Assembly: GCF_009914755.1 (NCBI RefSeq)
Contig: NC_060936.1
Length of the DNA: 64,000 nt
Reading direction: 5' to 3' (one strand)
DNA from: the human T2T-CHM13v2.0 reference genome, Homo sapiens
Under the pieces are notes generated by a model that was not told the DNA's origin, searched no databases, and saw nothing but the letters and a program-made list of their open reading frames with translations. Position numbers and translations under genes: made by a program. Positions 13,921 to 28,602 of the stretch are shown here, one piece after another (the stretch's first letter is position 1; the number at the start of each line of letters is the position of its first letter).

Positions 13921-15684
13921 AATGTGGTGTAAATCTGGCCACTCATGGTTTTCACCTCCCTTTTTTTTTTCTCCCCTATTGGGACAATTCATAAGTTACC
14001 ATGCTGCTGGCAGCTCTGGCAGAAAATGATGGTGACAGAAAATGACATTTCAGGAATGGCTTTTAAGGCACGAGGAGCAATAGCCTGAGGATAATCAGAG
14101 TTGTTAGGCTACTCTCCTGTCCTGGAAAGTGAAATCAACCTGATTCTGTCCATCATGGACACTGGTGACTTGAGTTGTTGACGAATGTTCTGTAAAGTTT
14201 AATATCCCCTGCTACACTTTAAATACAGAGCCCAATCCACCATATCTTTCAAACTCAGGCTATTTCAAACATAACTGAAGTAGAACTTCAAATTAGAGAA
14301 ACTTGAGGCCTTCTGATCACTGGCCAGAGGGGAAAAATTGTTTTTTATGACCTGAAAATGTATTTAGTATGAAAAGAAAATGACTTCTTAAGATGAGAAT
14401 AAGAAAGGGGGGAAATAACCAAATTTGAAGTTCTAGGTAAATACAATAAGGCAACTGAATAGACACTCCTTTCTCCTGTTTTCTATTAGGATTATAATTG
14501 GGGATTCTATCTCCATCCAATAGTGTTTCTGTACACTTCAAAGGTAGGCTAACTATTTAAACCAGAGACAGAACACTCTGTATTACTCTTTTTATATTGA
14601 TGTCCTGTTACAACCATGTTTTGTTTCGTTTTGTACTAGAGAAAAAAGAGGACTCAAACTTATGTTGTCAAATATTTCCTAGACACTTTTGTGTGTGACA
14701 GGAAGGAAACTTGTTAATACTGCTGTCTCAGGTAATACTGCTTTTTTAGTTAATACTGCCCTTCATCCCTGTGTTTACCCCCTCGAGCTTATCCTCCCTG
14801 TTATCTGATTGGTTTGTCAACATTCTGAACCAAAACTCTATTTTTTAATGGAAAGCCTAAGGAGGCACTTTTTCCTGAAAGAGATTGGTGTCCCTGATTA
14901 TACTTACTCAGAGCCTTCTCTGGATTACTGGGAAGGAACACACCTGTGCATTTGATCTTAACAAGCTCTAAATCTATATTGTGTTGCTCAGGGGTTGCCT
15001 GACAGAGCTCAGTCCCATGGTGGAAGAAACCTACCAACCTCGGTCTTCTCAGCTTTCAAAGGCGACACCTGCCTCTGGCCTCTCTCTGCATTCTCCCCAT
15101 TATGATGTGGTTCTCCAGACCAGGGAAGAGACCAGGGGGAAACACAAACTAACACAACAAGCTCCTTCTGGTTCTGTGTGTAGCTCTTTGCAATTTCCCT
15201 GCTCTGGTAGGCAGCACTTTCCAATCAGCCCTGCAGCTCCACCTCTGAGAATTCTTCATGAGGAACAAGCTTTCTTTAGTCATAGTCACTTGTATAAGAA
15301 GAGATGTTTTCCTTCATGAGTTGTTTGAAATGCAGTACAGTCATTCCTTGTGTTCTGAAAAGCTCCCACTAAATGACATCATTTAATTCCAGGATGCTCA
15401 GAATACTTAATAATACCTTTGGTTTTGTCTTTGCAAAACAAGTTTTGTGTTTGTGGAAGGGAACAAATCTGAGGAGTGGCAAGCGGCGAAGACCAAAAGC
15501 TTATCTGTGTGGAATTGCTGCTGTAGACAAGAACAATATAATCCTCCCTGTTCTGTACCTACTAAATCTTACAAAGGGTTAGAAAAATAGTATTTCATCT
15601 GTCTTTGGGTTTTTGATAATACCAAATAACATCAAATGGAAGCAGTCTCATGGTTTCTTCATTGCTAAACTAATTGTTATTACA

Positions 15685-15860
15685 TACTTGTTCCTGTGTG
15701 ATGTTAATATATATTCCTGGAACCAGAAAGGTCTACATGGTCAAATAAATTTGAAACTTGCATTAAATAAGAATAAATTGATTTTTTTCTCCTTCAGGGT
15801 TTCACAGAATCTTTAATACCAATGTGCTTTTTTGAACCTCTTAATGCAGCTCTGGTAGGC
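15685..15860. mobile_element. MER103C-like hAT-Charlie fragment
   Basis: ggtcaaataaatttgaaac...cagaatctttaataccaatgtgc...gaacctcttaa resembles recalled MER103C. Confidence 0.5.
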
Positions 15861-15959
15861 TGACTTTCTGTGTGTGTGTGATTATTTTATTTACTGCCAA
15901 TCTCCTTAAAGTTAGTTTTTATTTAAAAATTATTTGTATAAACACCTGAACTATTTGAC

Positions 15960-18640
15960 TTTTTAAAAATTCCATTCTATTGTGGTAATAGCACTTAACA
16001 TGCGATCTACCTCTGTAAACCATTTTTAAGTGTACATTATTGTTGACTGTAAGGACAATGTGGCACAGTAGACCTCTAGAGCATATTTATCTTGGTTGAC
16101 TGAAACTTTATGGCTGTTGATTAGTAACTCCCCATTTAGTAACTCCCCAATTAGTAACTCTCCCTAGCCCTGGAAACCACAATTGCACTCTTTGATTCTA
16201 TGAGTTTGACAATTTCAGATGCCTTACACAAGTAGCATTATGTAGTATTTGAATTTCTGCGACTAACTTACTTCACTTAGCATAATGTCCTCAAGGTTCA
16301 TCTGTGTTGTCACATATTGCAGAGTTTCCTTCTTTTTAAAGACTGAATAGTATTCCATTGTATGCAACTGTGTATGCATACACCACATTTTCTTTATCCA
16401 TTTGTTGATGGATATTTAGGTTGTTTCTATGTCTTGGCTGTAGTGAATAGTGCTGCTGTGAATATAAGAGTGCTAATACCTCTTTAGATCCTGATTTCAA
16501 TTTTGGTGGGGGATACATACCCAGAAGTAGATTGCTGGATCATGTGGTAGACATATGTTTGTTTTTTTTAAGAAACATCTATACTGCTTTTCATAGCAGC
16601 TATACCATTTTACGTTCCCACCAACAGTGTGGAGCGGTCTCAATTTCTCCACATTCTTGACATTTGGTGTCTTTTTAAAAAAATAATACTCATCCAGACA
16701 GGTGTGAGGTGAGCTCTCATAGTGCTTTTGACTTGCATTTCCCTGATGATTAGTGATGTTAAGTATTTTCTCATATACCTGTTGTCATTTGCATGTCCTC
16801 TTTGGAGAAATGTCTATTCAAGTCCTTAGCCCATTAAAAAAAATCATGTTACTAGGTTTTTTTTTCTTTTTTACTATTGAGTAGTAGGAATTCCTTGTAT
16901 AGGTTGGAGAATAACCTCGTATCTGATATATGGTTTGCAAATATTTTGTCCCATTCAGTAAGTTGCCTTTTCACTCAGTTGACTGTTTCTTTTGTTGTGC
17001 ATGAACTTTTTATTTTGATGTAGTCCTACTTATTTTTGTTTTTGTTCCCTGTGCCTTTTGTGTCATACCCATGAAATCATGGCCAAGACGACTGTCAAGT
17101 GGTTTTTCATGTATGTTTTCTTCTAGCAGGTTTACAGTTTCAGATCTTTAAATGTAAAATAATAATATTGAATTGATATTTTGTGTATGCCATAAGGTCC
17201 AGTTTCATTGCTTTGTATGTCACGTCCAGTCTTCTCAATATCATTAGTTGAAGAGACTATCCTTTCCCATTGTGTATTCTTGGCACCGTTTGTGATGACC
17301 AGTTGACCATGTATGCATGGATTTATTTCTGGGCTCTTTATTCTACTCCATTAGCCTATATGTCTGTTTTTATGCCAGTATCATACTATTTTGATTACTG
17401 TGGCTTTGTGATATATATTGAAATAGGACGTGTGAGGCCTCCAGCTTTTTTCTTCTTTCTCAAGATTGACTTGGCTAAGAATTTTAGCATTTTGTCTATT
17501 TATGTAAAAAAATGCCATTGGAACTTTGATAGGAATTGCATTTAATCTGTAGATTGCTTTGAGAAGTATGAACATTTCAATAATATTAGATCTTCCAATC
17601 CATGAACATTTGATATCTTTTCATTTGTTTGTTTCTTGTTTTATTTCTTTTTACTATATTTTGTAGTTTTCAGTCTGCTTTCAACTTCTTAGTTGAGTTT
17701 ATTTCTAGATATTTTATTTTTTTGGTGCTATTGTAAATAGAATTTTTTTCCTAATTTCTTTTTTCAGATAGTTCATTGTTAGTGTATAGAAATGCAAGTA
17801 ATTTTTATATATTGATTTGGTATATATCAATATATACCAACTTTACTGAATTCATTTTTTAGTTCTAACAGTTTTTTTTTTAAATGGAGTCTTTAGAATT
17901 TTCAAATATATAAGATCATGTCATCTGCAAACAATGTGGACAATTTCACTTCTTCCCTTTCAATTTGGGCACCTTTTTTCCTTGCCTGACTGCTCTGGCT
18001 AGGACTCCCAGTATTATGTTGAATAGAAGTGGCAAGAGTAGGCATTCTTGCCTTGACTCTAATCTTAGAGAAAAAGCTTTCAGTTTTTCATCATTGAGTA
18101 TGAGGTTGGCTGTGGGCTAACCACATATCACCTTAATTATAATATGTTGAAGTAATTTCTTTCTATTTCTAGTTTGTTGAGAGTTTTTATCATCAAAGGA
18201 TGTTGAATTTTGTCAATTGATTTTTCAGCATCTATTGAGATGATCATATGATTTTTATCTTTTATTCTGTTAATGTGGTGCTAATTGGTTTTCATATGTT
18301 GAGCCATCCTTGAATTCTACAGATAAATCCCACTTGGTTATGGTGTATGATCCTTTTAATGTGCTTTTAGATTCAGCTTTCTAGTATTTTGTTGAAGATT
18401 TCTGCATCTATGCATATCAGGGATATTGGCTGCAGTTTTCTCTTCTTTTGTACTGTCTTTATCTGGCTTTGGTATCAGCATAATGCTGGTCTCATAAAAT
18501 AAATTTGGAAGTATTCTTCCCTCTTCAAGTTTTTGGAAGAGTTTGAGAAAGATCGACATTAATTCTTCTTTAAATGTTTGGTAGAACTCACCAGTGAAGT
18601 AATTTGGTCCTGGGATTTTCTTTGTTAGGAGGTTTTTATG
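15960..18640 (-). mobile_element. 5'-truncated L1MA9-like element
   Basis: 3'UTR ttgtggtaatagcacttaacatgcgatctacc. Antisense ORF2 remnants (e.g. KAIYRLNAIPIK; [20 protein letters not shown]). Internal 3x15-bp repeat ttagtaactcccca at ~16120-16163. Confidence 0.9.
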
Positions 18641-18769
18641 ATAGACAGTCTTGCCTCTTGAATGAATATTTATATCTCAAGAAGCTAGTGTTCTGTGAAA
18701 GTTTGTGAATGAAGTTTTAGATTCATACCCTTTAACCTAATGTAATAATTAAGAGAGGAGACTTTGGAC

Positions 18770-18940
18770 AAAAAGTACTGGATTCTATTTGTGGGTCTCT
18801 ACCAATTAACTTCATTTACAGAATTAGCATAGTAATACTTGCTACAAATCGAGTTGTGAAAATTTAGTGAAATATATGTATACTAACAAACAAAACCCCA
18901 GGCACTTAGGTGGCCTTAAATAAATGGTAGCTATTATTGT
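18770..18940 (+). mobile_element. MIR fragment
   Basis: gttgtgaaaatttagtgaaatatatgta...ccaggcacttagg...taaatggtagctattatt. Confidence 0.6.
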
Positions 18941-19129
18941 GTATAAAAAAGTTAGTTTAGTCAACACCTTTTCCAGCAAGAAGCAAGAATTTCTTTCGTT
19001 TATAATAATAATTTAATAAAATTTCCTAAAATGCCTTCTGCATGATGCAAGAATGATGAAATTATATGCAATGTTCAGTTCGATTTTAGTGGTTAGCACA
19101 ATTTATGGTATTTTATTGTTTAGGAAAGG

Positions 19130-19330
19130 GAGAGTAAAGAACATCTATTGAGAGTTTATTTAGTACTCATACCAGTCTTAGGGAGTAAAAATTATCTAAC
19201 CCCACTTCACTGATGAGTATGCTTCAGTAAATTGCTAAAGTTCATGGAAAGCATATTCTGTGGCAATGTTAGAATTCAAACCCAGGTCCCCTGACTCCAA
19301 AGCCAATGCTGTCTCCATACTGCCATACCA
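19130..19330 (-). mobile_element. MIR fragment
   Basis: agaattcaaacccaggtcccctgactccaaagcc is the antisense MIR 5' part. Confidence 0.65.
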
Positions 19331-19353
19331 CCTTCTTTAAAAATGAACAATTT

Positions 19354-19647
<294 letters not shown>

Positions 19648-20349
19648 TTAATTCTTGTGTGTACATAATAGCTCTCTGTTAACTAAGGCTATTCTATTCT
19701 TCACTTGTTTCAAATAAATATCTCCCCTACTAGATCTCAATACAGTGGTCTTAAGTCAATTTAATCCCAGTAATGTTTTATAGTCATTTTCTCAGAATTT
19801 CTCTCATGTTCAGGTAAGGATTACATAATTGAACACAAAATTTTATCTTGTCTAAGTACTTCTGACTTCACAGGGAATTGTGATAAGGAGTATAACTCAG
19901 TGGAGATGATGTGGGATGGTAGGTGGAATGCTGGCCGTGGCCTTAGTAGTGATCTTAGTCCTTCCCCTGCTTTAAGTCCCTGTGTGACCCAGTGAGTTAC
20001 TCTGTATCTTTAGGTCTTAGTTTTCTTACTATTTGCTCTATCTACCTCATGGGAGTTCTGTGAAGAGTAGATTAACTCACTTTTCCAACTCTCCCTATCT
20101 GTAGTTGTCTCAAAGTGGAGAATGCATACTCCAGGGATGAGCAGGATGGTTCATTCGGGTAGAGGAGGATGACATCAAGGAACACTTATAGGTGCTTTAA
20201 AATTTGTTCTTTTAAAATTTACGTTTTTAGCATATGTTTTATAATGTATGGACATAGCATTACATTTATGAAAACCATAAACACACAAACATATATTGGA
20301 GATATGTGCTTTTTTTTTAATTAATAGGGGTAGGTGATAAAAATGTCGA

Positions 20350-21190
20350 GGGCCTGGTGGCCTCCAGGATAAAGTCCAAATTCTTTAGTATGGCATTTAT
20401 GTCCTCTGGGGACCCTCCAGCTTCATTTCCTCCCCCATTGCTTCTCCTTCTACTTAATGAACTGAACATACTAGTATGTTTTGTAGCTTCACTGTCTTTG
20501 CTTATACTACTCTTTTTGCCAGAGACTCCTGAAACCTCTCTCAGCCTCCCACCTTCCACTTGAAAGACTAATTTCTCAAGACTCAGCAAAGGAGTTATCT
20601 CCTGAATAAGCCCTTTCCTGAACCTCTCAGGTATGCCAGATCACTCCTTCCTTGGGCTTCCACTGTACTGTACACATGCCACCTATAAGCTGTGTGGAAG
20701 TGTGCTTGTTTGATTTCATTTACTAGTCTGTAGATCTCTGTATTACTCTACACTGCTATAAAGATACTATCTGAAACTGGGCAATTTATGAAGAAAAGAG
20801 GTTTAATTGACTCAAAGTTCCAAATGGCTGGGGAGGCCTCAGGAAATGTACAATCACAGTGGAAGGTGAAGCAGAAGCAAGGCACATCTTACATGGCAGC
20901 AGGAGAGAGAGAGAGAGAGAGAGTGCAGGGGAAACTGGCAATTTTAAACCATCAGATCTTGTGAGAACTCCCTCACGATCACTAGAGCAGCATGGGGGAA
21001 ACTGCCCCCATGATCCAATCACCTCTTACCAGGTTCTTCCCTTGACATGTGGGGATTACAATTCGAGATGATATTTGGGTGGGGACACAGAGCCAAACCA
21101 TATTAAGGGCAACTGCCATGGCTTCTTAAATCTTTTTTGTTTTAGAACCTAAAATGGTCCCTGGTATGTATTTCATAAATATTGATTAGC
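20350..21190 (+). mobile_element. L2 fragment interrupted by the THE1D/MSTA LTR
   Basis: ggataaagtccaaattctttagtatggcattta...tactagtctgtag, resuming with agggca...cctggtatgta after the LTR. Confidence 0.6.
20739..21105 (-). mobile_element. THE1D/MSTA-like solo LTR
   Basis: gaagaaaagaggtttaattgactca...ggggaggcctcaggaa...gtggggacacagagccaaaccatat. Confidence 0.9.
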
Positions 21191-21365
21191 TATGCAAATA
21201 GCAAATAAGCTCTGAGAGTACTATAGCATGTTAAAATCTCCAGGCAAATGTTAATAGTTATTATTATTAACCTACGTTAAATTCTCATAGGTTTCAGTGG
21301 AATATCTTTATTAAAAATCTTAATCAAGTGACGTGAGCAAAACAATCCTAATTGACACCTGTAGA

Positions 21366-21521
21366 CACTGGTTTTCAACCCCGGGAGCTTTCAAAAATAT
21401 CAGTGCCCAGGCTCTGCTCATAGGGGTTTTGATTCAATTGGTATGGGATATGGGTCAGGCATCTGTGGTTTTTAAAAGCTCCCCAGATGATTTTCATGTG
21501 CAGGCAGGGCTGAGAACCATT
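21366..21521. mobile_element. MER5A/MER5B-like hAT MITE
   Basis: TIR-like cactggttttcaacc ... gctgagaaccattg; internal ttaaaagctccccagatgatt. Confidence 0.8.
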
Positions 21522-23439
21522 GTTTCAAATGTCATGGATAGGAAAAGAAAGGTGCTTGGGAAAACCTAAGGCAGAGTGCTCTTCCTGAAAATGCAACTGC
21601 AGTTGTGAAAGCTTCTGTCTTTGTAAGGTTAAGATGTGTCCTTGGGGGAAGACACACACACACAAATTGCAGTTATTTATTGAGACCAGACTACTAAGTC
21701 ACTTCGATGAAAACTTGAGAGCTTAAGACTCGCCAGCATGGGCTAAGAATAGATCACATTGCAGAAACCAGAACAGTTTCTTGGAAGGAATGGCTGAAGA
21801 CATTGACAAAGGCTGAGCAGAGGATGAAATTGGGAAGTCACCCATCAACTATGGGGGTTGGGCAACGTGAAAATGTGCTTACCATTTGCAATGAAATGGA
21901 AAAGGCCTTGGTGAGAAGGCAGTGGAGATTAATGATAATAAGTCATGTTGAGTTTTAACAAGATAACATACAGGATAACAAAAAGGCAAAAGTTTATTAA
22001 GTCAGATCCTGATTTTGCAACTAACACCTTTTTTCCTCCCTCTCTTTTTCACCTTGAGACTGTTACAGATAGCTGAGTAAGGTGCCAAATTAGACTCGAA
22101 CTGCATCTCAGGGTGAAAACTGTGAGTGAGCATCAGCTAATGTTATCCTAAAGTGTATGGAATTACAAGTTTCTATGAAGATGTTTTTGAGAAACCTTAT
22201 TAGGATTAGTGCGTATGTTGTCAACATTGGATTTTCTAGAGAATCAGAGTGAATATAGCTGGTACATAAGCATTGTTAATTTGCATCATGGATATCAAAG
22301 CCTTCTTGATAGAAATTACCTATTTGCACTGCATACTAATTTGGGCATTGCTGCTCTGGAATTGATAAAAGTTTAGCCTATAAATTGGCTGAAGTTCCTT
22401 TTGTGCTAAGAAAGAATTTGCTAAGCAGATGCATAATGTGCCATTGGTCATTGCGGTTAATTTTTTTAAGAGAATAAATATTTCCAAGCACTTAAGTGCC
22501 ATGTGTTACAAATCACACCACTCAGGGACTAGTTGAGGCTTCTTTTTTCCTTGAAGTCGGGCAGGCAGGACCTCTAGTGGCAATGGCTAGTTAGCAGTTA
22601 GATTTAGTGCTAATGTTTTAGAAAGTACAAACTGCACTTCTTTTAAATTCTGGTTGATAGACTTCAGGTTGATATTCCCCCCAATAATTTAAGCTTTGCA
22701 CATTCTAATTCCCTGGTGTTCAAATTGTCACAAGTTCTTGCTGTGTACATATTTCTTGGAGGAACACTTTTAAAGAAAATGGCTTCAAAGATTCCCAGGC
22801 AAAGTGGACACCTGGACCTGTAAAAGGAACGCTGCCCCTAAGATGTGGAAAGAGGCCAACAAATGTTTTAATTGGTTCTTGACTTCAGTACTACTGACTT
22901 TTTCTCACATGGCACACTGATGCCCCTAAATACCCATTTGTCCTCTGAATTTGGTCTTTCAAACAAGGGTGAGAGATGATTTTGAGAGTGAGAAGAGAGC
23001 TGTTCTACTGGGGAAAAGGGCACAGGGAGGGAGTTTTGACAGGTATTTGTGGTGGCCACAGCCAGTGATAAAGCAAACACTGCAGCTGAGTTCAGGCCCC
23101 ACTGTGAACGGGCCTGCAGTTACATCTCACTCCTCTCTTCTGTCAGTTGGGTCCCATGGGGTCCACTGGCAGGACCCACTCCAGGCAGGTGTCCCTGAGC
23201 CTCTCCTAACCACCTCTTTCTCCTCCATGTCTTTGCTCTCTATGTGGCGGGGGCAAGAGGGGAGCAAAGGGCAGTAGTGGCTTGTGTGCAGGCAGCCAGA
23301 TGGGAGCCTGACCTTGGGTCACAGGCACACGAAAGGCACAGCCTACTGATGCACTATTTGGCCTGTGCTGTGAGGAGGGGGGTGCAGAGGGAGAGAGGAA
23401 GAGAGAAGAAAACTCCTTTCTTCTATCTCTAACCTAGGC

Positions 23440-23735
23440 ATCTAGTGCATTTCAGTCCTGAATTCTTTCAGGGCTCAGCTGAAACTGTTACTTCAGAACC
23501 CTTCCCTGATCAAGGTCAGGCCTTCCACGGGCTTTTTGTAGCTTCCTGTGCTTGTCTCTACCAGCACTTATTATTATTACCATGAATTACTTGTGTAAAT
23601 ATTTATTATCTGTCTCAGTGGATGATAAGCTTCATGAGAGCAGAGATTGGTGTCTGTACTATTTATTTTTGTATTCTTATGCAGGAGGCCTGAGACAAAG
23701 TGCTAAATAAATATTTGTTGAATGAGTGAGTGAGG
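23440..23735 (+). mobile_element. L2 3' end
   Basis: Ends aataaatatttgttgaatgagtgagtgag. Confidence 0.75.
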
Positions 23736-23986
23736 CAACAAATGAATCAATGAGATACATAAGAACATATGTATAAGAATGTTCTTTGGAAATAACCTAG
23801 AGTCTAGCAAGAGGGAAACAAATCATGGAGATCCATTTGTTTGAATATGTCATTGAAAGGCATATCTCAAAAAATATTTACTAACATTGAAAAATTCTCA
23901 GAATGTAAGGTTAAGAGAAAAAAGTAGGGACACAAAAATTGACATATGGTATGATTCCTTTTTCTTTTTTTGACATAAAGAAAATA

Positions 23987-24642
23987 CAGAGAATTCTTAC
24001 TATTCATGGTAGTTATATTCTATAAGGTCACTACAAACACTGAATTGCAAATACTGAATGATTGCACCTAGGGGAAATACAGAGTTAGGCTCCTGCAAGC
24101 CTCTGGTCACAATATTTTTGTCAACTGATCAATTTATAACCTTGTTTTATATGTGTTTCTGTTTAAAGACACCTTCTTTTAATATATATTATTGATTACT
24201 TAACATTGAAATCATGACCAACAGCACTGTCACTTATGCCTGAAAGAAGCTTATCTAATAACACACGTATTTTCTCAAGACACATCACAGTCTTGCTATG
24301 CTTTGGACACCAGACAGTGCTTCAGCTCCATGCTGCAGGCGATTTTAAACCACAAGACCACTAACAAAAAGCATATAAATATGAAAAATATAGCACTAAG
24401 TAGATCTTAGAAAAGATACTTGTTTACAGTATGAGAGCTGAAACAAGAAGGAGAGGCATCACCTTGTTTGACTTCGCCTGGGCATGTATGCATCAGCCAA
24501 CTCAACCTTTTTGCTGCTCTGAGCATGTGCATGCCCACAAATAACTGAAATGCACTGTGAGTATTGATTTGCGGTTACAATTCAATTTTAGCAAGTAGGG
24601 GAATTTGCAAATACAAAATCTGTGACTAATGAAGATTGACTG
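23987..24642 (-). mobile_element. MER82 (TcMar-Tigger), full length, ~656 bp
   Basis: TIRs cagagaattcttactattc / gactaatgaagattgactg, TA on both sides. The right end matches the recalled MER82 start in antisense. Confidence 0.85.
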
Positions 24643-24933
24643 TATGTCCTTAAAACAAAAAAAATCTCAGGGCAAATCTGCCCCTCGTGGTAGCGGGACT
24701 ATGGTGACATAAACATTTAAAGATGTATCCTTTTCTTTAATTCCTCAAATTTCTAAAATTAACTTGTATTATTGTATAAGTAGGAAAATAAATATTATTT
24801 TTCTTTTATTAGGAAATGGCAAAATGTGATGGGCAGAATATATATAGAGAAAGGGTAGCAAAAATTTCTTTGGCCAGCTGTGGCACAGTAAGTTTAAACG
24901 TAAACAGCCAAAACTGTCAGTAGAGTAGTTTCA

Positions 24934-25340
<407 letters not shown>

Positions 25341-25519
25341 TCATTCTGTAGTCAGGAACAGGCTGACTTTTTGAGCCAGGGCTTCAAGCTGAACAGGAGA
25401 AAGAGACATAAGCATGAACAAGACCTATCTCTGCAAGCAGAGGTCAGCCACTTGACAAAGGCAGTGCAAAGGGGATGGCTTTCTCCGGAAATCCCTCGCT
25501 TCAGCTACTCATCCTCCAC

Positions 25520-25750
25520 CTCCTGCCAAGTCTAGGTTAGGTTCCCCTCAGCAGAATGTCCTTCTCTGTTCTAGCACTCCCCACACTGTGTTGTCATTAC
25601 CTGTATATGTCTGTGTTCCCAACTAGACTTTAAGCTCTATGAGGGCAAGGGCTGAATGTAGCTTGCTCACTATTGAATTACATTGCCTGACACATTGCTT
25701 TGCACGCAGTGAGGGTGAAGTAAATATTTGTTCAATATATAACGGAATGA
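25520..25750 (+). mobile_element. L2 3' end
   Basis: actagactttaagctctatgagggcaaggg...taaatatttgttcaat. Confidence 0.7.
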
Positions 25751-25757
25751 TTATGCA

Positions 25758-25988
25758 TCAAACACCCCAACTGATAGCGACTCCTGTGAGAATCGTCCTC
25801 TTTAAATATAAGTCGGTGTCAGAAACAACGCCAAACCTCAAAAAAGAATATTGAAGAGTTCAAATGAGAAAATTCAAACACCCCAACAGACAGTGCCTCC
25901 TGTCAGAATCGTCCTCTTTAAATACGAAGCTCAGTGTCGGAAACAACACCAAATACAAGAATAGTGAGGAGTTCAAATGAGAAAATTT
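25758..25988. repeat. Diverged ~116-bp tandem duplication of non-repeat sequence
   Basis: tcaaacaccccaac...gaatcgtcctctttaaata...gagttcaaatgagaaaatt occurs at 25758-25873 and 25874-25988. Confidence 0.92.
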
Positions 25989-26832
25989 CAGTCTTAAAAA
26001 ATAGACAAGATTTCATATACTCAGGCAAAAAGAGATAGAAATAAGAATCTGCCTACGTGTGAAAGGCAAATACAATTCCTGTTTCCTTTATCTTCTTACG
26101 ATTGTACACCCTGTTCAACCATCTTTGGGCTTGTGATTACTGGGTAGTACACTGCTATTTCTTGAAGTGTCCATAAACACAGATAGCAGAGCTCAATTCC
26201 TGAAATGTGCTCCTGTTTGATAAGGTGGATTGGACTGGATCTTGTTCAGCCTTTAATCTACTTCCTTAAGCATCTGAGGATGTTCCAAACTCAAGGCTAT
26301 TTCAGTACCTTTGTATTTGCAATGTATGATGCTTTAAAATGATAACTGTATTAACTTTCTATGGCCATTATAACAAATTGCTGCAAACCTAATGGCTTAA
26401 AACATTGTAAATTTATTATCTTATAGTTCTATTTATCAGATATTTGCCCAGATCTTACTGGACAAAGATTAAGGTGTTGGCAGGGTACATTCTCTTCTGG
26501 AGGCTCTAGGAGAGAGTCCATTTCCTTGCATGTTTCATCTGTAGAAGGGGGGCTGCTTTCATTGTCTTGTGCCCACCTTCCTCCATCTTCAAGACCATCA
26601 GGCTGAGTTCTTCCCATGCTACCATCTCTCTGGTTCCCTCTTTTCATTCCCCCTTCCACTTTCAAAGACCTTTGTGTGATTAAGCCCAGCAAAATAATCC
26701 AGAATAAAAAATCTTATTTTAAGGCCAACCGTTTGGCAACCTTAATTCCATCTGCAACTTTAACCCACCTTTGCCGTCTACCCTAATATATTCACAAATT
26801 CTGGGGAGTGGGATGTAGACATCTTTGGGAGT

Positions 26833-27540
<708 letters not shown>

Positions 27541-28226
27541 GGGGCAATTGCTCTGCCTACCAAAATAAATGTACACACGATTATATATGCATACAAACTA
27601 GGAAATATAGTCATTTATATTTATCAGGATTCAAAATATCATGTCCCTATCCCAACTGTCTACTGTCTGTCCCCTCACTGCCCCTGAAAAAAAGAAAAAT
27701 ATCCTAAGATGCAAACACTCAAACCATGGAATGAAATACTCTTGGAGATAAAAAAGTCAAATACTTCTCTTGCTATGCGGATTTAAGAGAAACATCTCCA
27801 CAGTATCAGTTGTGTGGGAGTTTATGTGTAGGAATCTAACTGCTCATGAGTTATCTCCATGAAGTCCCGCTCACAGTATGAATAGATGGGATCCTGTTAT
27901 AATCTGCTTACTGTTTGCCTTGCAGTTGTGCATATAAATTATGTCTAAACCCTTTTCTTCTTAATCATTCTTCTTTCAGAAATTTTGTTTATCTTTCTAA
28001 TTTGATTAGACAAGGCTCTCCTATCCCCCACTGCTTTTTTAACAGCACAGAGATAGCAGGAGGATTGATCAGTGACTGGAGATCCACAGGGGTGATAAGC
28101 TTTTCTGTATATTTATGTAGAAGGCAAAACACAGCAGAATGAGAAATATCAGATTCCAGATTTCATGTCCCATATGTCCCCATCCAACCCTGTATCATGC
28201 ATTAAACAAATAAAAAGTAACAGAAG

Positions 28227-28602
<376 letters not shown>

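Noticed and set aside
15780-15800. Strong-looking acceptor tttttttctccttcag|g
   Set aside because: It lies in a MER103C-like fossil, and no convincing partner donor or frame follows.
25758-25988. Repeated blocks with spacer-like intervals, superficially CRISPR-like
   Set aside because: Only two copies, the intervening sequence is also homologous, the context is eukaryotic and there are no cas genes.
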